This document shows, one piece after another, positions 35,997 to 44,411 of a stretch of 48,432 nucleotides of DNA (the stretch's first letter is position 1; each line of letters begins with the position of its first letter). The translations under genes were made by a program, and so were the position numbers. Below the pieces are notes generated by a model that was given only the letters and a program-made list of their open reading frames with translations, was not told where the DNA came from and did no database searches. The stretch is from Myxococcales bacterium (GTDB lineage: Bacteria > Myxococcota_A > Polyangia > Fen-1088), in contig JANNNO010000288.1 of assembly GCA_031398585.1 (NCBI GenBank), positions 1 to 48,432 of the forward strand, written 5' to 3'.

Positions 35997-36707
35997 CTAG
36001 CGAACTTTGCCGACCTCGACCGCGCGCTCGTCGAGCTTGCGGTAGGTCTGGATGGCCTGCATGGCGGTGTCGAAGTGTCGTTGCGATGAGATCATCGCGA
36101 TGGTCGCTTCGATGGGTGGCGTGTTGCCGAGCTCGAGCGCTCCGATGCGGAACTTGCCGTCATCGATCAAGTTGACCTGCGCGTTCTGGCCGGCGCCGAG
36201 CAGGGTGGGGCCGATCCTGTCGAGCGGCCCCAGGATGCGAAAAGCACCGATCTTGGCGACGGGCGCGCCGTCGGCAAAGACCTCGCCGTCCTCCGTGAGC
36301 ACAGGCTCGCTCTCGGGCGGCACGACGATCGGCTCGCCGTTGTCATCGAGAAGTCGGTTGCCCGCGATGAGAAGCTCGCCTTCGGGAGACACGTCGATGT
36401 TGCCGTTGCGGGTGTAGGCGCGTTGTCCCGATCGGGTCGCGACCGCCAGGAACGTGTCGTCGGGGGGCACGAGATCGAGGGGGCGATCCGTCGGAGTCGT
36501 GACGCCGGGACGCAGATCGATGCCAGTGGCGACCGCGGCAGACAGGATCTTGTCGGTCCGTCCGTTGCTGGGCATGAAGCTCTGAAAGGCCGGTCGTCCC
36601 GCCTTGAACCCCGGAGATTCAGCGTTGGCGAGGTTGTCGGAGACCGAATCGAGCTGCGCGGCCCGCGCCGCCGCTGCTGCCATCCCTACGTATATGCCGT
36701 CAGCCAA
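35997..36707 (-). CDS. flgF: Proximal rod protein FlgF
   Basis: TTG start (ADGIYVGMAAAAARAAQLDSVSDNLANAESPGFK) with GAGAGGTG 5 nt upstream. ATG at 36683 is an alternative. The track ORF upstream extension has no rod-protein character. Confidence 0.85.
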   Translation of the reverse strand: MADGIYVGMAAAAARAAQLDSVSDNLANAESPGFKAGRPAFQSFMPSNGRTDKILSAAVATGIDLRPGVTTPTDRPLDLVPPDDTFLAVATRSGQRAYTRNGNIDVSPEGELLIAGNRLLDDNGEPIVVPPESEPVLTEDGEVFADGAPVAKIGAFRILGPLDRIGPTLLGAGQNAQVNLIDDGKFRIGALELGNTPPIEATIAMISSQRHFDTAMQAIQTYRKLDERAVEVGKVR

Positions 36708-36731
36708 GTTGCACCTCTCACCCGAGCAAGC

Positions 36732-36748
36732 AGCAAGGTCGATGCCAG
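36732..36748 (-). promoter_or_regulatory. Sigma54 (-24/-12) promoter of the flgF... operon
   Basis: Minus strand reads CTGGCAT-CGACC-TTGCT (consensus TGGCAC-N5-TTGCW, GG-N10-GC). The -12 element lies 25 nt upstream of the TTG start, with the SD in between. Confidence 0.6.
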
Positions 36749-36904
36749 CAGGGATCTGGTCTGGACGTCGGTGGGCAGCTGACGTGTGGGCCGATGGCGA
36801 CCCGTCTGGCTGACCAGTCCGGGCCGAGCCGGCGTTTTGCAAGGCCTGATAGGGATGGCCGCATGGTCTTCAGGGCACCCGCACTTCAACCGAGGAGACA
36901 AGAC

Positions 36905-37321
36905 GTGAAACCCGCCACCCGGCTCGACGTGGTCATCAAGCTGCGCGAGCGTGACGAGGAACGCACCCGCCTGCACCTGGCCGAATCGGAGAGGGCCCTC
37001 AAGGCCGCTGCCGCTGAAGCCGCCGCCGCTCATGAACGGACGCGCACGGACGGCCGTCGTTCGGGAAGCGCAGCCGAATGGATGTTGCTCGACGCCGCCC
37101 ACGGCCGCGCCCGCGAGGACGCCGCCAACGCCGATCAAGCCGTCGCCGCTGCCGACAAGAAGCTTTCCGCCAGTCGCAACCAGTACAAGAGCGCCTACCA
37201 GCGCGCCGAAACCATTCGCCGCATCGCCGACGCCCGCCGCGCCGAGATCATCGCCGAAGCCGAGACCAAGGAGCGTAAAGAGCTCGACGAGGTCGGCGTG
37301 CTCCGGTACGCCCTCGGCTGA
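36905..37321 (+). CDS. fliJ: Flagellar export chaperone/stalk protein FliJ-like (138 aa coiled coil)
   Basis: GTG start with GAGGAGA SD. VKPATRLDVVIKLRERDEERTRLHLAESERALKAA...QYKSAYQRAETIRRIADARRAEIIAEAETKERKELDEVG follows the FliJ pattern, including the C-terminal E.K.LDE. Confidence 0.65.
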   Translation: MKPATRLDVVIKLRERDEERTRLHLAESERALKAAAAEAAAAHERTRTDGRRSGSAAEWMLLDAAHGRAREDAANADQAVAAADKKLSASRNQYKSAYQRAETIRRIADARRAEIIAEAETKERKELDEVGVLRYALG

Positions 37322-37350
37322 CTCAGGCCCACACGGACCGCGCGATTTTC

Positions 37351-37364
37351 GGGGAGATCTCCCC
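37351..37364. promoter_or_regulatory. Perfect 14-bp palindrome GGGGAGATCTCCCC downstream of fliJ
   Basis: Read directly. Lies 30 nt after the fliJ stop and about 90 nt upstream of the REC-kinase gene. Confidence 0.3.
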
Positions 37365-37427
37365 GACACCGGGACCGCCGCACGCGGAATGTAGCGAGAT
37401 TGCTCCGAGAAGGTCGTCGCGCACTTA

Positions 37428-37446
37428 GGCAAGATCTGGCAAGATC
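37428..37446 (+). promoter_or_regulatory. Direct repeat GGCAAGATC-T-GGCAAGATC immediately upstream of the REC-kinase GTG
   Basis: Read directly, with 10-bp periodicity. It shares the AGATC core with the palindrome at 37351. Confidence 0.3.
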
Positions 37447-37452
37447 GGCGCC

Positions 37453-38625
37453 GTGGACGAATCGCCGGCTGCGGCGTGGTCGGAGCAACTGAGATATCTG
37501 GGCGTCGAGCTGCCGCGCTCGCGACGCCTACTCGTCGTAGACGACGAGCCAGAGAACGTGGATGTGCTCGCCATGCTGCTCGAGGATAACTTCGAGGTTC
37601 ATCGTGCGCTCGGTGGCAGAGAGGCGCTCGAGATCTGCGATCGAGTGGGCGACTTCGCCGCCGTGATCTGTGACCAGCGCATGCCGGGCATGACCGGCGT
37701 GGAGGTCATGGCCGAGCTCCGTCGCCGCGCGCCCGAGACGGTGCGCATGGTGCTCACCGCGTACAGCGATCTTCCGCCGATCGTGGCGGCGGTCAACCAG
37801 GGCAACGTCTACCGGCTCTTTCTCAAGCCGTGGGATCCGATCGAGATGCGCGCCGCCGTCGCGGATGCGGTCTGGGTCTACGACGCCGAGCGCGCCCTCA
37901 ATCGGCTCGTCAATTTGCTGGGGACGAAGAAGCGCGAGCTGACGACGACCCTGGCGCAGCTGACTCGTTCGCGCAATGAGCTGCTGGCCGCAGAAAGGAT
38001 GAGCACCCTCGGGCGGTTCGCCGCCGGGATCACTCACAACATCCGCAATAGCCTCACCGTCATGATGACGCTGGTCGAGACGGTTCAGCAGAGCCCGGCC
38101 GAGCCAGCGCTGGTGCAGTCTGCGCAGCATGCTTTCGCCACCCTCGACGCCTTGCTGAAAGTCGCCAACGACGTCGCCACGCTTGCGCGGGGCAAGACCG
38201 AGGGCATCATCCGCGGCCGGGTCGAGATGCGTGGATTTCTCGAGACTCTGGTCATCGATCTTCGCAAGGACCACCCGATCGACATCACCATCGCGCCCGG
38301 CGCCAGCGTCGCTGTCTTCGATCGCCCACGGGTCGAGACGGCGCTGCGGGCTCTCTTGCGGCGAGCAGCGGCGCAAGCGGGTCAAGGCACGCCCCTCTCG
38401 TTGCTGGCTCATACGCCCGGGCCGGTCGAGACGGGGTTGGAGATCAGCTGGTCTCGCCCGGCAGCGGCCGCACCGATCGTACCGCCGCTGTTGGCCGAGC
38501 TGACCTTGGGGGTCGAGCTTGCCCGCGTCGTCGCCGAGGCCCATGGGGGCCGACTGACAACCGCCGCGCGCGGTGATGGCGGTGTGCTCGGCTTCTGGAT
38601 CTCCACCGCCGAGGATGCTGCGTGA
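37453..38625 (+). CDS. Receiver domain fused to a DHp (His present) and a degenerate ATP-binding domain
   Basis: REC: VVDDEP, phospho-Asp in VICDQRMPGMTG (D74), LFLKPWD (K125). DHp: ERMSTLGRFAAGITHNIRNSL (H195). In the CA region the N-box Asn, DxGxG and GxGxGL motifs are absent (LRALLRRAAAQ, ISWSRPAAA, LTLGVELA). Confidence 0.75.
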   Translation: MDESPAAAWSEQLRYLGVELPRSRRLLVVDDEPENVDVLAMLLEDNFEVHRALGGREALEICDRVGDFAAVICDQRMPGMTGVEVMAELRRRAPETVRMVLTAYSDLPPIVAAVNQGNVYRLFLKPWDPIEMRAAVADAVWVYDAERALNRLVNLLGTKKRELTTTLAQLTRSRNELLAAERMSTLGRFAAGITHNIRNSLTVMMTLVETVQQSPAEPALVQSAQHAFATLDALLKVANDVATLARGKTEGIIRGRVEMRGFLETLVIDLRKDHPIDITIAPGASVAVFDRPRVETALRALLRRAAAQAGQGTPLSLLAHTPGPVETGLEISWSRPAAAAPIVPPLLAELTLGVELARVVAEAHGGRLTTAARGDGGVLGFWISTAEDAA

Positions 38626-39809
38626 GCTCCCCGGGCCCCGGCCTAGCAGCGCCGCGGGTCCACGCACGGCGCTTTCCGCAGCCCTTCCAGATCTGCCCGG
38701 CGCCCAGCGTGCTCGGTGTGGTCAAGACCCTCGCCGAAGACGGTCAGTTCTCTGGGGCGCGCGTCCTACCCTTCGAAGCCAATCAGCCGCCGGTCATCCT
38801 CGGCCCCGCGATTCTGGTCCTGGGGCCGCGTGATCTGAGAGGCCCCCACCGCGAATCTCTGCTCGAGCTGGCGGAGGCCGGGCGACCAGGCCGTCCCCTC
38901 CTCTATGGCAGCAACTACGATCGCGACACGTTGCTCGAAGCAATCAATTCGTTTCGCGTCCTGCAGATCATTCCCGAAGCGCCCGACCACCTGCTGCTGG
39001 TCGAGGGCATTCACAAGGCACAAGAGACGCTCGAGCTCGAATGCGGGCTCGAACAGGCTGCGTTCGAGCTGGGCAGCGACACCGAACGGCTGCAAGAGGC
39101 TCTCGGCAGCTTGCGCGAGACCGAAGCGCGTACTCGCCAGGCCGAACGCTTGGCGACCCTCGGCCGCATCACCACGAGCCTCATCCCCGTCATCGGCGCT
39201 CACCTCGACGCGCTGGAAGACTTCAACCACCGGCTCAGCGACGGTCCCGCCAGCCGGGATCCTCGCCTCGACGAGCTCCTGCGGTTTGCCTTCGCCGGCA
39301 TCCGATCGCTGCACGCCATGCTCGACGAGATTCGTGGCTACGCCGATAGCGGGCCGGGCGCGGAACGACTCGAGATCGTCGACGCCGACGAGGTCGCCCG
39401 TTTCGTGGTCGCCTTTTGCAGGTTCGATCCTCTGTCGGGCGGTCGTCGGATCCGGTCCGAGCTCACCTCTGCATCACAGATCCGCGTGGACGCCTTTCGT
39501 CTGCATCAGAGTCTGATCAACCTCATGCGCAACGCCTTTCAGGCGACGCCGCCGGGGGGGGAAGTCGTGGTACGCACGGCCCGCGAGGGCGCTCACGTCA
39601 TCATCGACGTCGAGAACAACGGCGAGCCGATCACGCCCGAGGTACGGCGGCGTCTCTTCGAGCCCTTCTTCTCGACCAAGGGGGAGGCTGGCGTTGGCCT
39701 GGGTCTTTCGACCTGCCGCAGCGCGATCGAGAGGCTCAACGGCTCGATCAGCTGCTCGAGCGAGCCCGGGTCGACGACGCGTTTTCGCATCCAGCTGCCC
39801 GCGGTCTGA
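38622..39809 (+). CDS. Pseudo-receiver fused to a His-less DHp and an intact HATPase_c domain
   Basis: GTGA overlap with the upstream gene. The REC-like fold lacks the Asp and Lys (ILVLGPRDL, QIIPEAPD). DHp AERLATLGRITTSLIPVIGAHL has Pro where the paralogue has His. CA is intact: LINLMRNAFQA, DVENNGEPI, FEPFFSTK, GVGLGLS. Confidence 0.7.
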   Translation: MSSPGPGLAAPRVHARRFPQPFQICPAPSVLGVVKTLAEDGQFSGARVLPFEANQPPVILGPAILVLGPRDLRGPHRESLLELAEAGRPGRPLLYGSNYDRDTLLEAINSFRVLQIIPEAPDHLLLVEGIHKAQETLELECGLEQAAFELGSDTERLQEALGSLRETEARTRQAERLATLGRITTSLIPVIGAHLDALEDFNHRLSDGPASRDPRLDELLRFAFAGIRSLHAMLDEIRGYADSGPGAERLEIVDADEVARFVVAFCRFDPLSGGRRIRSELTSASQIRVDAFRLHQSLINLMRNAFQATPPGGEVVVRTAREGAHVIIDVENNGEPITPEVRRRLFEPFFSTKGEAGVGLGLSTCRSAIERLNGSISCSSEPGSTTRFRIQLPAV

Positions 39810-40039
39810 CGCGCGCGTTGGTCATGCCGTTCGACTCGAGTGGCGTTCGCCACAGTCGTTAACCGCGAATTTACCGAACGGTTGGCCCGGCAAGGCCTGA
39901 AGAATCCTAGAGTCGCGGCGCCGACTTGAGGGGCACTGGCCGTGGCGACGCGGGCGGTCTGTGCGGTGACCTGGGTTCTCGGCCCACATCGCACATTGAA
40001 TTTGTTTGCCCTCGGGTTATACGTCAGCACCCATCGGTG

Positions 40040-42295
40040 ATGACACTGATGGCGTGCCACTCAACCATGCATAACGCCCCCGGATACGCGCGACCGCTGA
40101 CTTCCCAAACCTCCACCGCGTCGCCGCCCCCCGGCGTGAAAGTGGGATCCCCGCCGCCGCGAACCAGCGACGGTCGCGGTGCCAGCCGCATCCGGCTGCT
40201 ACCCGGGCGGGCGCAGATCGACATCGGCGAACTCTGGCGGCCAGAGGTTCACGACCTCAGCGCAACCGGCGGCAGCCTGGTGCTACCGCCAGGCGCGCAG
40301 ATCGGCGCCGAGGGGGCCTTGGAGGCGACCATCCACCTCCCCGGGGAGCGCGCCTTTCAGACCAGCTTCCGGGTGATGCGCACGCAGCCAGAGGAAGACG
40401 GGTTGCGGGTGGGCGGTCGCTTTGCGCTCGAGCCCCAGGCGTTGCGCGCGCTCAGTCGCTTCGTGGTCCGCGAGCACGTCGGTCGCCGCCTCGATCTCGA
40501 TCGCCTCGAGAATGCGGGTGAATCGGTTCGCACGGCCGACCGGGCTGCGATGGCCAAGCTGCTCTCGGCCGAGGCGCAGGCGTGCGGCACGCCGCTGTCG
40601 ATCTTCGCCGGCAACCGGTTGACACCGCTCAGTCTGCGGCTGCGACACGTGCCTCTCGAAGGCCAGCGTGATCTCGAGGCCGAGCTCGTGCGACCCGCCC
40701 TCCACTGCGGCGAGGACGAGGAGCTCATCTGCGGTCTCGAGTACACCTTCGTCGCCCGCGGACGCTCGTCACTGTCGATGTTTCGTGGGGTCGTGCGTGC
40801 GGCGCATGGCGACTGCATCCGCATCGGCTTTCCCGATTCGCTGGTGCAGACGGGTTTTCGTTCGTCTCACCGCACGCCGCTTCCCCGCGGCGAGGCGTTG
40901 CCGATCTCGTTCCTGGTGCCGTGGGAGGAAGATCGCCTGAGCCTCTGGGCGGTCGAGGTCAGTGCCCGTGGCTTGGCCTTTGATCTCGATAGCGATGCCC
41001 ACACGATCTTTCCGGGGGATCGGTTGCGCGATCTCATCGTGCAGCTGCCCGATGGACCACTGGCCGCCCAGGCTGTCCTGCGCGGGTTCTGCCAACCGCG
41101 CGGGTCGGTGGTTCGTTGCGGGGTCGAGATCGTGGAGTTCGCGAGCGACGAGGATCGCCGACGCTGGCACGCTTTCGTCTTCGCGCAGGGGCACCCGAGC
41201 TTGCAGCGCACGGACGTCGATCTCGACGACGTCTGGGGCGTCTTCGAGAGCTCTTCCTATGTCGACAAGTGGATCGCGGCAGGAAGGGCCGAGCAGATCC
41301 ACGCGGACTTCTCCCGCGACTGGCAAGCGAGCGCCGCCAACGTTCGCGAGTTGCTCCTGCTCCGTCATCAGCGGTCACCGATCGGGACCATTGCGGCCAA
41401 TCGCATCTATCCGCGGACCTGGCTGATGCACAGCCTCGCGGTCGACAAGCAACAGCGTCAACGCGACGAACGCGCGCGCTTTCTAACCCTCGCCCGCGAG
41501 CTCTACTCCGGAATCATGTATTCGCTCCAGCACATCACGGGGGCGCGCTACTTCCTTTCGTACTTCGAGGAGAGCAAGAACTGGAACCAGCGCCTCTACC
41601 GAGACTTTTCCCGCGATTACGTCAGGCGCGAGGATCAGCTCTACGAGAACTTCCTGGTCCTGCGGCGCAACGGCGCCGGACTGCCAGTTGCCGGGCCGCT
41701 GTCGGACGCGGAGATAGTGCCCGCGAGCAGCGCCGATCTCGAGAGCCTCTGTCGGCACGCCGAGGTAGCGATCTCACCGCTGCTGGTCGATGCGCTCAGC
41801 CTCGATGCACAGGGGCTGCGTCATGACGCCTTCCAAGCAGATTTCGCCGCCGACGGCGTGATCCGACGTCGTGATGTTTTTCTGGCTTGTGAAGGGGGGC
41901 GACCCCTGCTGGCGGCGATCTGCGAGTCGGGCGGCTCGGGCATCAACATCTTCGGGCTCATGAACCTGACCTGGACCATACCGCTGGGCGGTGAGGCTCC
42001 GCGCGCCGAGACGATGCGCGCGCTCGTCGACACCGTTTCGGCTCACTACCAGGCGCGCGGCGTGCAGGACTTCCTCTTCCTGGAAGGGCGGCCTGAGCGC
42101 CAGGCGTGCCTCGAGCAGGCGGGGTTGCAGCTGGTCTCGTCAGGCATCCGCTGGCTCGCCCGCACGGACGTGCTGCCGGCCTGGCTGGGTTACGTCGAGA
42201 ACGAGCTGCGCGCCGTCGAGCTTGGGCGCGACACCCGCGTGGTCGTGGCCAGCGAGTCAGGGCACGTGGCCAGCGGGCGCCGGCACGTGGCGTGA
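40040..42295 (+). CDS. Double PilZ-domain protein with about 390-aa unassigned (weakly GNAT-like) C-terminal half
   Basis: PilZ 1: RGASR...(21 aa)...DLSATGG. PilZ 2: RSSHR...(27 aa)...EVSARG. C-terminal half is unassigned. The start is uncertain (track ORF begins at TTG 39926; ATGs at 40040, 40049 and 40067). Confidence 0.6.
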   Translation: MTLMACHSTMHNAPGYARPLTSQTSTASPPPGVKVGSPPPRTSDGRGASRIRLLPGRAQIDIGELWRPEVHDLSATGGSLVLPPGAQIGAEGALEATIHLPGERAFQTSFRVMRTQPEEDGLRVGGRFALEPQALRALSRFVVREHVGRRLDLDRLENAGESVRTADRAAMAKLLSAEAQACGTPLSIFAGNRLTPLSLRLRHVPLEGQRDLEAELVRPALHCGEDEELICGLEYTFVARGRSSLSMFRGVVRAAHGDCIRIGFPDSLVQTGFRSSHRTPLPRGEALPISFLVPWEEDRLSLWAVEVSARGLAFDLDSDAHTIFPGDRLRDLIVQLPDGPLAAQAVLRGFCQPRGSVVRCGVEIVEFASDEDRRRWHAFVFAQGHPSLQRTDVDLDDVWGVFESSSYVDKWIAAGRAEQIHADFSRDWQASAANVRELLLLRHQRSPIGTIAANRIYPRTWLMHSLAVDKQQRQRDERARFLTLARELYSGIMYSLQHITGARYFLSYFEESKNWNQRLYRDFSRDYVRREDQLYENFLVLRRNGAGLPVAGPLSDAEIVPASSADLESLCRHAEVAISPLLVDALSLDAQGLRHDAFQADFAADGVIRRRDVFLACEGGRPLLAAICESGGSGINIFGLMNLTWTIPLGGEAPRAETMRALVDTVSAHYQARGVQDFLFLEGRPERQACLEQAGLQLVSSGIRWLARTDVLPAWLGYVENELRAVELGRDTRVVVASESGHVASGRRHVA

Positions 42296-42432
42296 GTCCG
42301 TCGCAGACGGGCGCACGAAGCGGTCGCGGCGCGACTGGCAAGACCGATGCGTCGCGGGTCGTTGCTGTGCGCAATCGGTAGCGCGGACCGCTCGGACTTT
42401 CGCCGCAAAACCGACAGACCGCTTTCACCGAC

Positions 42433-43404
42433 ATGAAGGCACTCTTCGCACATCAGGCGCCGCGGTGGCGCCGGTGTTGCGCCAGCTTGCGCAAGTGCGC
42501 TCCTTCGGAATTCGCCCCACCCATGATCACGTCGACGTACACGTCCCGCTCGTCGCCCTTGCCCATCACCCGCCTCCACAATCCGAGCCCCGCCGAGCTC
42601 GATGCCTGCATCGCGGCCCATCGCCCGGCGATCATCACGGGGCTCTTCGACGGGCAGGAGGCCACGCGCTGGGATCTCGCTTCGCTGCAGCGAAAACTCG
42701 GGTCGCGCGTCGTTCAGGTCGCCAAACACGCGGAGCCGCGCCTCTATTGGGATCCCAAGGCGGGCCTGCGCATCGAGCCGCATACGTTCGATGATTTCGT
42801 CGAGCGCGCGTTCAAGAGAAAAGATTCCGGCTACTGGTACCTGCAGGACGACGTGAACAGCTTCCCGCAGATCAAGGACGACTACCGGTTGCCCGAGATG
42901 ATCGCGCGGCGAAACGTCTGGCGTGCGAAGTTCTGGCTCAGCGGAGCCGGCCTCATCACGCCGTTGCACTACGACCCGGTGGAGACCTTTCACTGGGTGA
43001 TTCGCGGATCCAAGCGCTTCGTGTGCTACCGGCCGGGCGTCCGCAACTTCTACCCCAACGATCGTCGTTCGACCGCGCCCTTCATTAGCCGGGTGGATCC
43101 CGACGGCTACGACGAGCGCCAGTTTCCTCGCTTTGCGCGCGCGATCCCGGTCGAGTTCAGCGTCGAAGAGGGGGAGCTGCTCTACCTGCCAGCCTTCTGG
43201 TGGCACCAGGTCTATTCCGAAGGCGGCGTGAACGTCTCATTGAACTTCGTCTGGTTCGCATCGCTGGCCAAATGCCTGCGTCACCTGCCGCAGCTCTACG
43301 CCAACAAGAAGCATCTGCTCTTACGTCGCAAGCAGATCCGCGCGCAGGCGGTGGCGGCTGCCGCTGAGGTCGCCGCACAAAAGGCCTCTGCGTCAGCTGC
43401 TTAA
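42433..43404 (+). CDS. JmjC/cupin_8-type Fe(II)/2-oxoglutarate-dependent oxygenase
   Basis: FWLSGAGLITPLHYDPVETFHWVIRGSKRF (HxD) and GELLYLPAFWWHQVYS (distal His), resembling FIH/JmjC proteins. Confidence 0.8.
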   Translation: MKALFAHQAPRWRRCCASLRKCAPSEFAPPMITSTYTSRSSPLPITRLHNPSPAELDACIAAHRPAIITGLFDGQEATRWDLASLQRKLGSRVVQVAKHAEPRLYWDPKAGLRIEPHTFDDFVERAFKRKDSGYWYLQDDVNSFPQIKDDYRLPEMIARRNVWRAKFWLSGAGLITPLHYDPVETFHWVIRGSKRFVCYRPGVRNFYPNDRRSTAPFISRVDPDGYDERQFPRFARAIPVEFSVEEGELLYLPAFWWHQVYSEGGVNVSLNFVWFASLAKCLRHLPQLYANKKHLLLRRKQIRAQAVAAAAEVAAQKASASAA

Positions 43405-44180
43405 CTCTTGTGGCCGCCGACGACGAACAGAGTGATCGCGCCGAACGAGGCCGGGTCGCGCCCCCAGGCCTGCAGCGCCGACACAGCGGTCTCGTACCGC
43501 GCCCGTTCCGCCGATTCCGCGGCGGCCTGGAGGAAGGGCGTGAGCACGATCTCGGCGAAGGCAGGCAGGCCGATCGTCCGACTGTCCACGACGACGGCTT
43601 GTACCCGGATGTCGTTCAGACCCGCGTTTTGCCATAGCCCCGGCAGCTTGTGCCCCATATCAGCCGTCGCGCCGCGGGTATCGAACCAGGCGCGACGGCC
43701 TGCGGTGATGACGGCAAATTCCGCCGGCACGGGATCAATCAGCAGACTTGCGTCGGAGCCGTCGATGGCCGCAAGGCAGCCGCCGGGGCGAACGAGGCGG
43801 GCCATTTCACGCGCGACGTGAAGCGGGTCCGAGACATGCCGCAGGAAGAGGCGCGAATAGACCAGATCGAAGCTCGCGTCGGCAAAAGGTAGGTGGTTGG
43901 CGTCGCCCCGAATGGCGGGCAGGCGCTTGCGAGCTTCCGCTAGCACATAGGCGTCGATGTCGAAGCCAAACAGACGCAGCCCAGGCCGAGAGCGCGCGAG
44001 ACCCGCGGCCACGAAGCCCGGTCCACATCCGATCTCGATGCCGAGTCCGTTCGCTGGGATGCCAACCGCGCCAAGCGCGGCCTGCTCACGCCCCGCGATC
44101 ACCTCGGCCTGTGCCGCCAGCCGAGCCACCTCGCCGGCGGGCGCATCGAATTCACCGACGCGGTAGTGGCCCATCGGCAT
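43401..44180 (-). CDS. Class I SAM-dependent methyltransferase
   Basis: Start at MPMGHY with GGGGAGA SD. Motif I GIEIGCGPGFVAAGLA, then FGFDID, FDLVYSRLFLRHV, LVRPGGCL. Confidence 0.8.
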   Translation of the reverse strand: MPMGHYRVGEFDAPAGEVARLAAQAEVIAGREQAALGAVGIPANGLGIEIGCGPGFVAAGLARSRPGLRLFGFDIDAYVLAEARKRLPAIRGDANHLPFADASFDLVYSRLFLRHVSDPLHVAREMARLVRPGGCLAAIDGSDASLLIDPVPAEFAVITAGRRAWFDTRGATADMGHKLPGLWQNAGLNDIRVQAVVVDSRTIGLPAFAEIVLTPFLQAAAESAERARYETAVSALQAWGRDPASFGAITLFVVGGHKS

Positions 44181-44191
44181 TCTCCCCAATC

Positions 44192-44205
44192 GACGACATG
44201 TCGTC
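44192..44205. promoter_or_regulatory. Perfect 14-bp palindrome GACGACATGTCGTC just upstream of the methyltransferase SD
   Basis: Read directly. Lies in the 231-nt divergent region between the methyltransferase and the hybrid kinase. Confidence 0.3.
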
Positions 44206-44411
44206 TGGTCGGATCGGCACCTTGCCGAGCGTGCTTGAGGCGGGGGAGCCGCGACGCTGCTCGGGATCGGTGGAATACCCCTCGCGCCGCTCGGGGTTTT
44301 CAGCGACGATGCCCACGGATGTACACCCGCTTTGGGTGTGCGGTCGGGGTGCGAACAACCAGCGCTGGCCCAGTGATCTGCCGGGCGGTGCGCTTTGCAC
44401 AGGTGGCGCTC

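Noticed and set aside
39996-40023. Sigma70-like TTGAAT-N16-TATACG in the AT-richer patch upstream of the PilZ gene.
   Set aside because: It is a plausible promoter, but it would leave almost no leader before the 40040 ATG. There is no independent support, so I did not call it as a feature.
44350-44400. Sigma54-like strings (TGGCCC-AGTGA-TCTGC; GGTGCGCTTTGCA) upstream of the hybrid kinase.
   Set aside because: The GG-to-GC spacing is off by one or the GG is missing. These are likely chance matches in GC-rich DNA.
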